A stretch of 64,000 nucleotides of DNA, from contig DBEZDO010000069.1 of the NCBI GenBank assembly GCA_048187355.1, forward strand, positions 10,456 to 74,455. The letters are read 5' to 3'. Below the pieces are notes generated by a model. It was not told the origin of the DNA, did no database searches, and saw nothing but the letters and a program-made list of their open reading frames with translations. Positions 30,401-40,556 of the stretch are shown here, piece after piece. This stretch comes from Collinsella sp. GTDB taxonomy: Bacteria; Actinomycetota; Coriobacteriia; Coriobacteriales; Coriobacteriaceae. The position numbers were made by a program, and so were the translations under genes. The first letter of the stretch is position 1; each line of letters begins with the position of its first letter.

Positions 30401-31504
30401 TTAACGGCGGTTACGACGAGGACGGAAGAAGACCACGCCCATCACGGCAGCAAACGCGACGATTGCCGCATAGGGAACGACCGTCCGAATAACATCGGTC
30501 GGAACGGTAACATCCTTGGTGTTGGTAAAGATCACCGTGGTGTCGTAAGCACCGATAGCTTCCTCGACAATAGAGCTACCTTCTGTCGAATTGGTGCCAT
30601 CACCAATCTTGTACGACGTCTTATAACCGTCGCCATGATAATCCGCCTCAGTTACGGCGAATTTATCCTCCGATGAGAGACCGTAAACGATGACGGATTC
30701 CCCATGCTTAAGGCTTACGGTAACCGCAGTTCCCGACGTAGCTGGAGTTTGGCTCATGGTGGTGGCACCGTTTTTCACAGTGGCGTACTCATAGCTCTCC
30801 CCGTCAGCGCCTTTAATCGTGAAGGTAAAATTAAAGTCCTTATTCTTGTCACCTTGGTTGCCCTTGACGACCTTTGTGATGGTCAGCTTATGGGTGACAT
30901 ATTTGTTCAAAAAACCTGCGGTCTTCTCGCCCGAGCCTGCTTCTGTTCTAAGAATACAGCCCTTAACAACATAGCCCGAACCGCCATTCTCTTCGTTTTC
31001 TACGTAAACATCCAGGAAGAGCTCCTTGTATGTAACGTTGAGACCGTCCAGCCCTGACGGCGTCTGCGTAATTTTATATCGATAGATACCCGGAGCCTTG
31101 AACAGAGAGGTTTTAATTTCGGCACTCAGTTTGGCGGTTATTGTCTTAGTTTTCTCACCGGTATTCTCTGTGCTTGTAAGGCCTTTGTTGGAAAAATTAA
31201 CGGAAGTCGGCGAAAGCGTGACGGCGTCTGTCACTCCAGCATAAACGGGCATACCGCTCGTGCTCGTAAGCTCACTCTCCTCATCCGCCGGCGCAATCGA
31301 ATAGTTAAACGTCGCATTAGGCACCACGGCATTCTCATTCATGGTAAGCGTCGAGGTGATCGTGACCTTGTTGTCTTTTACCGGCAGATGCGGTTGAGCG
31401 GCACTGTCCTCCGCCCACGCGGGCGTGACAACTCCCACCAAAGCCAGCAGCATCGTGGCAGCCACAACTGCAAATGCTGCCAGTCGCCTCTTTCCAGTTT
31501 TCAT
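30401..31504 (-). CDS. Putative major pilin (FCT/Spy0128-like)
   Basis: Signal peptide AWA|E, PGIYRYKITQ, LTITKVVKGNQGDKNKDFNF, FTNTK, VPTD sorting motif, TM and Arg-rich tail. Confidence 0.8.
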   Translation of the reverse strand: MKTGKRRLAAFAVVAATMLLALVGVVTPAWAEDSAAQPHLPVKDNKVTITSTLTMNENAVVPNATFNYSIAPADEESELTSTSGMPVYAGVTDAVTLSPTSVNFSNKGLTSTENTGEKTKTITAKLSAEIKTSLFKAPGIYRYKITQTPSGLDGLNVTYKELFLDVYVENEENGGSGYVVKGCILRTEAGSGEKTAGFLNKYVTHKLTITKVVKGNQGDKNKDFNFTFTIKGADGESYEYATVKNGATTMSQTPATSGTAVTVSLKHGESVIVYGLSSEDKFAVTEADYHGDGYKTSYKIGDGTNSTEGSSIVEEAIGAYDTTVIFTNTKDVTVPTDVIRTVVPYAAIVAFAAVMGVVFFRPRRNRR

Positions 31505-31555
31505 GTTGTATCCTTCCTCTCGGGCATATGCCCTCAATAAAACCAATCTCCGTGC

Positions 31556-32188
31556 CTACAGGTTCGACCTGCGCAGCACGCTGATCACGTTGCCCTTGAT
31601 CTGCGAGCGGGCAATCGGCCCGTACAGGCGGCTGTCGTGCCCGCCCTCACGCAAATCGGCCAGTACAAAGAACTCATCCGCTCCCAGGTGTACGGGATAG
31701 TCCACAGCAGACTCATAGCGCGGCGTCGGCGTGGTGATATCGCTTTCCACCACAACAGCCCCGTTAACCATGAGCTCGCCTGCCTCGGTAACCGTGACCT
31801 CATCACCGGGACGGGCAACCACACGGCCCAGGTGCTCTGCGCCATCCGCGGTGTATGCCACCACGTCGCCCTCGTTGAAGCTCTGGCTGAGCCTCCAGTA
31901 GAGCATGACGTCACCCGAACAGATTCGCGGGGCCATCTCGCCAGTCGTGACTGCGCCCACGCCCAAGACCACACCAAAGAGCAGCCAGAGCGTCACGACA
32001 AAAAATGCCAGGCGCGCCAGAAAGCCCACGATATCGCGCCGGTCGTCCGCTTCTCCCAGATCTGGTGCCGCATGGGCGCCCAACCTCACGTTCGACGCGG
32101 CCGAATACCGCGAGCCCCGGGGTCTTCCCTGCGGGGCCACTCGTGCGGCTGGCCCATCACCAGCATTGCTGGCGCCATGTCTTCTCAT
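31556..32188 (-). CDS. Signal-peptidase-I-like pilus accessory protein (SipA/LepA-like, probably non-catalytic)
   Basis: S26 motifs (GDVV, RVVARPGD, FVLAD.R..HDSR.YG), but the catalytic Ser and Lys positions read GEMAP and LGRVV. Confidence 0.82.
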   Translation of the reverse strand: MRRHGASNAGDGPAARVAPQGRPRGSRYSAASNVRLGAHAAPDLGEADDRRDIVGFLARLAFFVVTLWLLFGVVLGVGAVTTGEMAPRICSGDVMLYWRLSQSFNEGDVVAYTADGAEHLGRVVARPGDEVTVTEAGELMVNGAVVVESDITTPTPRYESAVDYPVHLGADEFFVLADLREGGHDSRLYGPIARSQIKGNVISVLRRSNL

Positions 32189-35100
32189 AGGCGCCCACCC
32201 CTCTTGGAGCCGCGGTGTAAACGCAGCGCAACCATGCCCGTAGCCAACAGCACGCCGGCGGCCAAAATCGCCAGGGCATAGATGGGGTTGCGCGTAATAC
32301 CCGTAGGCACCGCGACCTGTCGGGAATTGGTGGCCTTAGCTTCAACGGCAACGGTCACACGCGGACCATTGAGCGTGCCGCTCGCACCCGTAAGCTTAGC
32401 CTGATACCCCAACGAAGAATAATCGTCTTCGCTCACGGTATAGACCGCGTTGTAATCCAGCGCCTTAATCGAAACGGTCAGGCCGTCCTTAACGGCAAAC
32501 GGCACGGTCGCCTTGCCCTGGCCATCGGCCGTAAAGGCCGTCTTGTTTTCCACGGTCTCGGCCCGATCATTCGGTCGCGCCACGAGCGCATGGCTGCCTT
32601 GGGCAGACGCATCCGAATACTCGATGGCGTAGGTCTGACCAGCCTTGAGGCCCGTAAAGGTCGCCGTCATCTTAAAGTAGGCACGCTTGTCGCCCATATT
32701 GCCCGTAACGCTCTTGGAAACCTTGAGTGTGTAGGTGCGCGGGGTGAATCGTGCGTATACGCATCCCGTATGGCGATCTTTTACGTTGTACGTATAGGTG
32801 GGTGAAGACGACAGCAGCTCCGGGGCGTCCGGATTCGATAGGTCGTACCAACCCTCAAAGTGATAGCCCTCCTTGGGAGCGGCCACCGCTTCCACAAACG
32901 TGCCGTCATCCACAAAGTAGGCAACGCCCGATTTTTTGTACGCGTCCTCGTCCTTGCCCGAGCCATCCCCGGCATCGATGGAGCCCTTTGCCCCCTTAAG
33001 CTTGGAGCTGACCGTGCCGCCCGTCGTTACGTTGCTCCACGTGCCATCGGCATTTTTAAGCTGGGCAACAAAGGCCTGACGATACTTCCATTGCGCCACG
33101 AACGTCGCGCCCTGGCTCTCGGGAATGTTTTCGACGGTTACCGCATCGCCCACAGCACCGGTATCCGGATTGACCTTCTTGCCCTTAATGGTAAGAGTGC
33201 CGGAATCCGTGGTGCCCTCGGGAGCTGTATGGGTCACCGTGTGTTTGGCATCGAAGCGAACGGCTTTTCCCGAGCCCGCGTACTCCCAGCCCATAAACTT
33301 CCAGTCGTCGTTTTGTCCAACGGCAGCATGGGAGGTATAGCTCGCTCCAGCGCCAGAAAGCTGTACGAAATCGCCCGTGGACTCATTGTACGGATCGTAG
33401 TGATACGCTTTGCCGCCGTTCACATCGTATTGAACGCCTGCCTTGGAAAACACGAGGTGCACTTTGTAGTGCTTTGTGACCTTGTCGACCTCAAAGCGAT
33501 AGGTACCATCTTCCAATCTGGTCCAATGTGCGTCGTCGTCTGCGGAATAGAACTCGCCGTTGACAAAAGCACCGATAAAGACTGCCCCGTCATCGCGTTT
33601 GGCATCGACCATAAAGTAGGAGTTCTTCTCCTGTTTACCTACGTAGTTTTTGGCATAGGTAAAGTCCGCCGTCTTGGTATTGGCGTTATAAAAATACGTT
33701 CCGCTTCCGTTGGGCGTCGTGTATGTCTCGATGCGATAGAACTCCCTAAACGAGATATTGTCGAGGAAGTTGCCGGTCGAATTGCTCCCGTTGGCCGTGT
33801 TGTAGGCCACAAAAGCAAAGACGCTCTGGTTTTGGCCATCCGGAATGGTGTAGGTATAGTCGTAGTCAACCTTTTTGCTCTGCTCGAGCGCGTTGGAACC
33901 GTAGGAAGCCCACGCGTCGTTTTCGGACGCCATGATCCATACGCACCATTTTTCGGTATGCTCCGCATCGGCCGTCCATGAGAACGCGCTTCCGCTGGAC
34001 GCATTGGCAAATCCGCCCACTTTGTCAAACTTGGTTGAATACAGGATGATCTTTTTGCTGCAGCCCGATTGGGAAAAATTGACCACATCCAAGCCGACAT
34101 AGTTGTCGACGCTCATTTGAATCCATTGAACAATTTGCTGGTACTGATCGAGTGCCTTTTGATTGTCCTTGTACGGCTCGTTTTCTTGTCGCGGACCGAT
34201 GATAAGGGCCATGGCGTCTCGACCCGAGCGGCCGCGGTGGTCGAGCCCCCACTCGTACTGTTTTCCCGGCTCGGTCGTCACATATTGGTAGAGCGAACTC
34301 GCCTCGTGTGCGTTGAGCTCGGCTGCATAGTCACCATCGGAGGGCGTAAACGTAACAGAATGCCCAACTGGGTCGATATAGTAGTCGTTCTTGGCAACGA
34401 TCTCGATACGATGGTCCGTCTCGGTCGTACGCCAATGGGGCGAGCACAACGTAAACTTGCTGGGCCTCTGGTTCCCTAGATGTATATCCTCTTCAAAGCT
34501 GCCGTTAGCAATGTTCGTATTCTCGTTCTTAAGATTCGAGGTCGAGAACGCATAGTTTGTGAGCGTTGTCATGGTCTCGGACGAATTTTCCCAATACACC
34601 TTGGCAAAGTCGCTATAGATGTCGCGTGTGCCCTGCTTTTCCACGTGAACGTCGTTGACCAGATTACCAAACCACTCCCGGTATTGTTCGTTCTCCCCCG
34701 TAAGATTTGAATCGTAGCAAGTCAGCGCAAGCATCGTTTTGTCGGACGCTGCGGTATAGTCAGCCTGATAGGCAAACTCATCGTCTTCCTCGGGAAGATT
34801 TCGATAATAATGCGTGCTGTTGGTGCCAAAGGAGAACCAACCCTGTCCGTTAGAGCTTACGAGCCACACAGAAAGCGCGATTCGACCGTCGCTCTGTTCA
34901 AACGAAAAGTGGGATCCATCAGCACTGTTACCAGCAAATCCGCCGTTTGCAGCAAAGGGATCGCTGTAAACGGTGTACTGCTCAACGGTATTTCCCTGGG
35001 GCATCTTGACCTGCGCCTTAAGCCAAGCCCGCAGCTGCATAAGCTGGTCTTTGCCTGCGCTGTTAATCGACAGATTCTCCTGTTGAGGACCCATCGTGAG

Positions 35101-35521
35101 CATCAGCACGTCGTGGTCGGTTGCGGCGCGATGGTTTAGGCCCCACTCGTACGTGGCGCCGCTCTGGGTGGAAAAGGTGGTGTAGGTTGATCCAGGTTCA
35201 AAATAAAGATTGGTGCCCTGTGGCCTAAAATTCCACGCAAGCGCAAAGTGATTGCCGTTAGCTTGTTTGGTGTTCGTTTGGGGCTTGAGGAGCTGCGTGG
35301 AAAGCTCGAGCTTCATCGTCTCGCCGATTCTCTCATTCGGAGAGGTCGTCGACCAGCCAGTAGCTTGGTTAAGAAAGTTTGGGTTTGTTATAAGGTTGCC
35401 ATCGTCACCGTACGCGCGCGAGGGCAACCCCCCCCCCGGCCATAACGAACACGCATAAGGCCGCTGCCAACATCATAAAGGTGCGGCGCATCGACGCAAT
35501 ATGACCGAAAGGACCCTGCAC
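32185..35521 (-). pseudogene. Pilus tip adhesin, frameshifted in its signal peptide at a G10 tract (candidate phase-variable gene)
   Basis: The 1080-aa ORF 32185-35427 ends in VPTG, TM and basic tail; the upstream frame encodes MRRTFMMLAAALCVFVMAGGG; removing one G joins them. Confidence 0.8.
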
Positions 35522-35665
35522 GGGCGCATCCCCCCCAGCCGCAGCCCGAGCTTTCGCGCAAGCTGCACAAGTGGTTCGTTTAAGCTTTTTGATTCTACAA
35601 CCAGCCCAGGGCAAAAGCAAAATCATGCGTGACCGATTTGCAGTCATTTTTCGCATCATTTTTCG

Positions 35666-35720
35666 CATTGTGCTGGTAGTGCGGCGAAAGTAGCTAAAAA
35701 GCCCCGTCCTAAATTAGCTA
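35666..35720. repeat. Right ~55-bp direct repeat bordering the pilus operon
   Basis: Aligns with 29593-29648; includes the LysR stop codon. Confidence 0.85.
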
Positions 35721-36596
35721 GTTAAGGAGTTGGGCCATGGCGTTGACGAATTTTTGGACTTGGAGGGTGGGCTCGAGCGGATAGTGCAGAAAGACTGGCA
35801 CCTCGCGACCGCATAGGAACGGCACGCCCACAAAGGCCGGGTGCACCCCCGACCACGCCCCGCAGGTGAGCACCGCGTCGCCCTTTTCCTCCGCCTCGTT
35901 AAAGAGCGCAAAGTCGAAGCTATCCACATCGATCACGTCCACACCGCCGTCGGCCAAAAGGTCGATACGCAGACTGTCCATGGCGTCGTTGCCGTGGCGG
36001 AGCACGCGCAGGCGCATGCCCTCCAAGTCGGCAACCGTAATGCGTGTCGTGCGCGCCAGCGGGCTCGTGCGCGGCAGGTCGATATAAAACGGCACGTTAA
36101 CGATGCGGAGCTTTTGACAGGTGTCGCCCCAGCGCGGTGTCGAAAAACTCGACTGCACCACATCCACCTCGCGACCAAGGCTGCGCATGACGGATTCGCG
36201 CTCGTCATAGAGGTCGCTTACCGGCACGATCTCGAAGCGCAGCGATGGCTCCAGATCGTGGATGCCCGACCACATCGACAGCGTCTGGCGCCCCGGGCAC
36301 ATCATCGACACGCCCAGGCGCACGGCACCGCCATCGCCCGCCGCGCGTCGGGCGCGGCGCAGCGCGTCCTCGGACTGCCGCATGATCGAGCGCGCGTCGT
36401 CCACCAGCAGAGCGCCCGCCGGCGTCACCTTAACACCCGAATGCGAGCGCTCGAACAACGTGATGCCAAACTCGGCCTCGAAACCCGACACCTGTTTGAC
36501 GAGCGCCGGGGTCGACACGCGCAATTTTGCCGCCGCACGTGAGAAGCTTCCCAGCTCCGCGGCGGCCGATATGGCCTCGAGTCGTCGATCGTACAC
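35718..36596 (-). CDS. LysR family transcriptional regulator
   Basis: GSFSRAAAKLRVSTPALVKQVSGFEAEFGITLFER..VTPAG; GTG start after GGGAG. Confidence 0.92.
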   Translation of the reverse strand: MYDRRLEAISAAAELGSFSRAAAKLRVSTPALVKQVSGFEAEFGITLFERSHSGVKVTPAGALLVDDARSIMRQSEDALRRARRAAGDGGAVRLGVSMMCPGRQTLSMWSGIHDLEPSLRFEIVPVSDLYDERESVMRSLGREVDVVQSSFSTPRWGDTCQKLRIVNVPFYIDLPRTSPLARTTRITVADLEGMRLRVLRHGNDAMDSLRIDLLADGGVDVIDVDSFDFALFNEAEEKGDAVLTCGAWSGVHPAFVGVPFLCGREVPVFLHYPLEPTLQVQKFVNAMAQLLN

Positions 36597-36828
36597 GTCA
36601 ATCTCCCGTTTTCGCGCCTGTGAACGCATGGCGCCACAGGGGGTCGTTTTGGCAGGTCACGCGCTCGATTGAGAAAAACTGCATCGCACAGTATAAACCT
36701 ACGGTTAACGCCATTCTAACAAATATGCAATTCACCTGCGCAAATGCAAAGCATACGATAACCAGCGAAAACCACGTGGGTCGGTTAATGGGAGCGACCC
36801 ACCGGGAGGCACAAGAAGGGAAGTTCCT

Positions 36829-37710
36829 ATGAGCAATTGGCTTAAGCTCGAGGGCGATGTCTGCGCCGTGACCGGCGCGCTCGGCGGTATGGGCGTCGAG
36901 ATTTGCCGCGAGTTCGCCCGCAACGGCGCCAACGTCGTCCTGCTCGACCTGGACGAGGAGAAGGTCAAGGCTGCTGCCGCCGACCTCGCTGCCGAGTTTG
37001 GCATCCACGCCGAGGGTTACAAGATGAACGCCACCGACGAGGCCGAGGTTCAGGCCGCCGTCGACGCCACCATCGCCGACTTCGGTCGCGTCGACGTCCT
37101 CGTCAACACCGCCGGTATCCTGCGCTTCGCCGCCATGGAAGACCTGCCGCTGAGCGACTGGGAGCAGGTGCTCAACGTCAACCTCACCGGTTACTTCATC
37201 ACCTCGCAGCGCTTTGGTCGCGAGATGATCAAGGCCGGCCAGGGTCGCCTGGTGCACATCTCGACCGTTGCCAGCCACTCCCCCGAGACGTTCTCGGGCG
37301 TGTACAGCTCCACCAAGGCGGGCGTCAACATGATGTCCAAGATGCTGGCTGCCGAGTGGGGCCCCTACGGCGTGCGCTCCAACTGCGTCGAGCCCTGCTT
37401 CGTTAAGACCCCGATGTCGGCCAACTTCTACGCCGACCCCGAGGTCGAGAAGAGCCGCAGCCGTCTGATCGCCACGCGTCGCATCGGCGAGGTCAGCGAT
37501 ATCGCCAACGCCGTCATGTTCCTGGCGTCCAAGCGCTCGGACTTTACCACCGGCGACGCCATCAAGGTCGATGGCGGCTTCTCCAACATGATGGGCGACC
37601 TCACCGCCAAGCCCGGCGGCCGTCGCGCCTATGCCGACAGCTACCTCAAGAACAAGGGTGTCGAGCTTTGGTCCGATGAGTCCGGCGTCGCCAAGCCGAC
37701 TGACCAGTAA
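36829..37710 (+). CDS. SDR family NAD(P)-dependent oxidoreductase
   Basis: TGALGGMG, VNTAG, YSSTK and VDGG motifs. Confidence 0.93.
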   Translation: MSNWLKLEGDVCAVTGALGGMGVEICREFARNGANVVLLDLDEEKVKAAAADLAAEFGIHAEGYKMNATDEAEVQAAVDATIADFGRVDVLVNTAGILRFAAMEDLPLSDWEQVLNVNLTGYFITSQRFGREMIKAGQGRLVHISTVASHSPETFSGVYSSTKAGVNMMSKMLAAEWGPYGVRSNCVEPCFVKTPMSANFYADPEVEKSRSRLIATRRIGEVSDIANAVMFLASKRSDFTTGDAIKVDGGFSNMMGDLTAKPGGRRAYADSYLKNKGVELWSDESGVAKPTDQ

Positions 37711-37778
37711 ACCAACCTGACAGGGAGACCCGCGGATACGACCGCTCCTCCTCCCCCGTATCGATTAGAAAGAGTCCA

Positions 37779-39035
37779 ATGGCTTCCACCAACTCCAACA
37801 AGGGTCGCGCTGTCGTGCTTTCCGCCGCGTGCGTCACCATGTTCTTCATCAGCTCCATCGCGCTGTATTCCGTCGTGAGCAAGAATCTGCTCGCCGTCTA
37901 TCCCGAGTGGTCCAGCGCCCTTACCTGGGCCTTCCCCGTCTTCCAGACCATCATGGCCGTGACGGGCATCTTCGCCGGCCGCATCTCCGATAAAATCGGC
38001 CCCCGCAACGTCGTGATCGCCGCCGCCGCGTGCTACGGCCTGGGCTGGTTCATGTCCGGCACCGTCACCGAGCCGTGGCAGTTCTACCTGTGGTTCTCGC
38101 TCGTCGCCGCCATCGGCAACGGCCTGGGCTACAACCCCGCGCTCACCACCGGCCAAAAGTGGTTCATCGACAAGAAGGGTCTCGCCTCCGGCATCACCCT
38201 GGCCGCTTCGACCGCCGGTCCCGCCGTGCTGTCCCCGGTGCTCGCCTCGCTGCTCATCCCGAGCCTGGGCATCTTTGGCGCCCTTAAGGCGCTCGGCGTC
38301 ATCTTCTTTGTGACGATCGCCGCCTCCGCCCTGTTCCTGAAGGCCCCCGAGGCCGGTTGGCTGCCCGAGGGCTTCGAGGCCCCCAAGGGCGGCGCGCATG
38401 CTGGCACCTTCGGCGACCTCACCCCGGGTGAGATGGTCAAGACCCCGCGCTTCTGGGTCCTCATCGTCACCTTCGCCTTTGCCGCCACCGCGGGCACCCT
38501 GCTCGTGGGCAAGGTTGCCTCCATCGCCGCCGTTCAGCTCTTCGCCGACCCCACGAGCGCCGCGGCCGTCGCCCTCGGCGGTGTGGTGGTCTCCGTCAAC
38601 ACCTGCGCCAACCTGGTCGGCCGTCTGTCCTTTGGCCAGATCATCGACAAGCTCGGCGCCTATAAGTCGCTGCTCATCAGCCTTGTCGTCACCATCGTCG
38701 CACTCGTCATCATGTCGATGAGCTTTACGCAGGCCATGTTCTTTGTGGCGCTCGCTCTGCTCGGCTTTAGCTTTGGCGCTCTGCTCGTCATCTACCCGCC
38801 GCTCACCGGTGGCGCCTTTGGCACCAGTAACATCGGCGTCAACTACGGCATCATGTTTTTGGGTTATGCCGCTTCCACCTGGATCAGCCAGCCCATCACC
38901 GCCGTGCTGTATCACGCCGAGGCCGGCAGCGCCGCCTATCAGCAGTCCTTCTACGGCGCCATTGTGATCGCCGCCATCGCCGTCGTGCTCACCGTCTACA
39001 TGATGGTCTCCGACAGCAAGAAGAAGTCCGCCTAG
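37779..39035 (+). CDS. MFS transporter (OFA/monocarboxylate-like)
   Basis: GRISDKIGPR, KWFIDKKGLASG and FGTSNIGVNYG motifs. Confidence 0.88.
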   Translation: MASTNSNKGRAVVLSAACVTMFFISSIALYSVVSKNLLAVYPEWSSALTWAFPVFQTIMAVTGIFAGRISDKIGPRNVVIAAAACYGLGWFMSGTVTEPWQFYLWFSLVAAIGNGLGYNPALTTGQKWFIDKKGLASGITLAASTAGPAVLSPVLASLLIPSLGIFGALKALGVIFFVTIAASALFLKAPEAGWLPEGFEAPKGGAHAGTFGDLTPGEMVKTPRFWVLIVTFAFAATAGTLLVGKVASIAAVQLFADPTSAAAVALGGVVVSVNTCANLVGRLSFGQIIDKLGAYKSLLISLVVTIVALVIMSMSFTQAMFFVALALLGFSFGALLVIYPPLTGGAFGTSNIGVNYGIMFLGYAASTWISQPITAVLYHAEAGSAAYQQSFYGAIVIAAIAVVLTVYMMVSDSKKKSA

Positions 39036-39043
39036 TTTTACCG

Positions 39044-39074
39044 ATGCGACAAAGGGACAGCCCCTTTGTCGCAT
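39044..39074. repeat. Family A REP-like palindrome
   Basis: ATGCGACAAAGGGACAGCCCCTTTGTCGCAT. Confidence 0.9.
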
Positions 39075-39104
39075 TCCACCGGTCACCAGTATTAAGGAGT
39101 CGAA

Positions 39105-40145
39105 ATGTCTGAGCTCAACCCCGTCCGCATTGCCGTTATCGGCGCCGGCGCCATGGGCCGCAACCACATCCGCTTTGTCACCGAGGAGCCCGAGGCCGAG
39201 CTCGTCGCCATCGCCGACGCCTTTGAGGGCGCCCGCGCCACGGCCGAGGCCGCCGGCGTGCCGTTTTACACCGATCCCGCTCAGATGATGGACGAGGTCA
39301 AGCCCGAGGCCGTCATTATCGCCACCCCCAACGACCTGCACCTGGGCGTTGCCCGCGAGGCTGTAAAGCGCAACATCGTGCCGCTGGTCGAAAAGCCGAT
39401 CTCCAACGACCTGGAGGATGCCCAGGCCTTCGCTGCCGAGGCCGAGACCGCCGGTGTGCCCGTGCTCGTGGGTCAGCACCGCCGCCACAACCCCTTCGTC
39501 AACAAGGCCAAGGAGATCATCGAGTCCGGCGAGCTGGGCAAGCTCACCGTGTCGAGCTTCCACTACATGATCTATAAGAATGACGAGTACTTCGATGTCG
39601 AATGGCGCCGCAAGAAGGGTGCCGGCCCGATCCTGGTCAACCTGGTGCACGACGTCGACCTGCTCCGCTACCTGCTGGGCGAGCCCGTTGCCGTCCAGGG
39701 TATGCAGTCCAGCGCCGCCCGCGGTTTTGAGACCGAGGACTCCGCCGTGGTCAACGTCCGTTTTGCCGATGGCGCGCTCGCAAGCATGACCATCTCCGAC
39801 GCCACCGCCAGCCCCTGGAACTGGGAGGCAACCGCTCGCGAGGACCCGCAGTACCGCCCCTTCGACGCCGACGCCTACTTTATCGGCGGCACTAAGGGCG
39901 CCCTGTCGCTGCCCCGCCTGCACCAGTTCTCCTACGACGGCGCCTCCAACTGGCACAAGCCGCTGCAGATGGAGATTCCGGCCGTCGACCCGGCACTGCC
40001 GCACAAGATGCAGCTCAAGCACTTTGTGAAGGTTGTCCGCCGCGAGGTCGAGCCCGTCGTGACCCCCGCCGACAACGTTAAGACGCTCACGCTTCTCAAC
40101 GCTATCAAGGAGGCCGCCGAGACCGGCCAGCTCGTCGAGCTGTAA
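39105..40145 (+). CDS. Gfo/Idh/MocA family oxidoreductase
   Basis: IGAGAMG, ATPNDLH, VEKP and NLVHDVD motifs. Confidence 0.92.
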   Translation: MSELNPVRIAVIGAGAMGRNHIRFVTEEPEAELVAIADAFEGARATAEAAGVPFYTDPAQMMDEVKPEAVIIATPNDLHLGVAREAVKRNIVPLVEKPISNDLEDAQAFAAEAETAGVPVLVGQHRRHNPFVNKAKEIIESGELGKLTVSSFHYMIYKNDEYFDVEWRRKKGAGPILVNLVHDVDLLRYLLGEPVAVQGMQSSAARGFETEDSAVVNVRFADGALASMTISDATASPWNWEATAREDPQYRPFDADAYFIGGTKGALSLPRLHQFSYDGASNWHKPLQMEIPAVDPALPHKMQLKHFVKVVRREVEPVVTPADNVKTLTLLNAIKEAAETGQLVEL

Positions 40146-40316
40146 TGCCTTAAGAGCGACCGCGGCAGAAACCCCATGCCGAACCCTTCGGTCCGTCACC
40201 AACAAGCCCCTCTTCTTTGCCCCGCGAGCAGCCTCCTGCCCGCGGGGCATTTTGCTACCTTGCCGACGATTTTTCTGGGGCGGGGGCTATTTTGCACCTC
40301 GGCTTGATTCGTTCGC

Positions 40317-40472
40317 CACGAAATGGGCCTATCTACTACGCTTAACCGATCGCCCTCAACCATGCCGAATTTCGCGAAATAAAAACCGCAGGTAGACGGC
40401 TTGCGTATTCTCTGAAACCCGGGGAATGGTCGACCCATATGGGTTAAACGTAGTAGATAGGCCGTTTTCGTG
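40317..40472. repeat. 156-bp family E element (31-bp imperfect inverted arms around the conserved core)
   Basis: Arms at 40317-40347 and 40442-40472; core ACCATGCCGAA..AAAACCGCAGGTAGA is shared with 24694-24845. Confidence 0.85.
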
Positions 40473-40556
40473 ACGCGGGCCCAAAACAGTCTTTTGGGAC
40501 GGGTGGTATCCTTGGTAGCCCTGTGCTGCAAACGCACCTTAAACGCAAGGAGTCCC

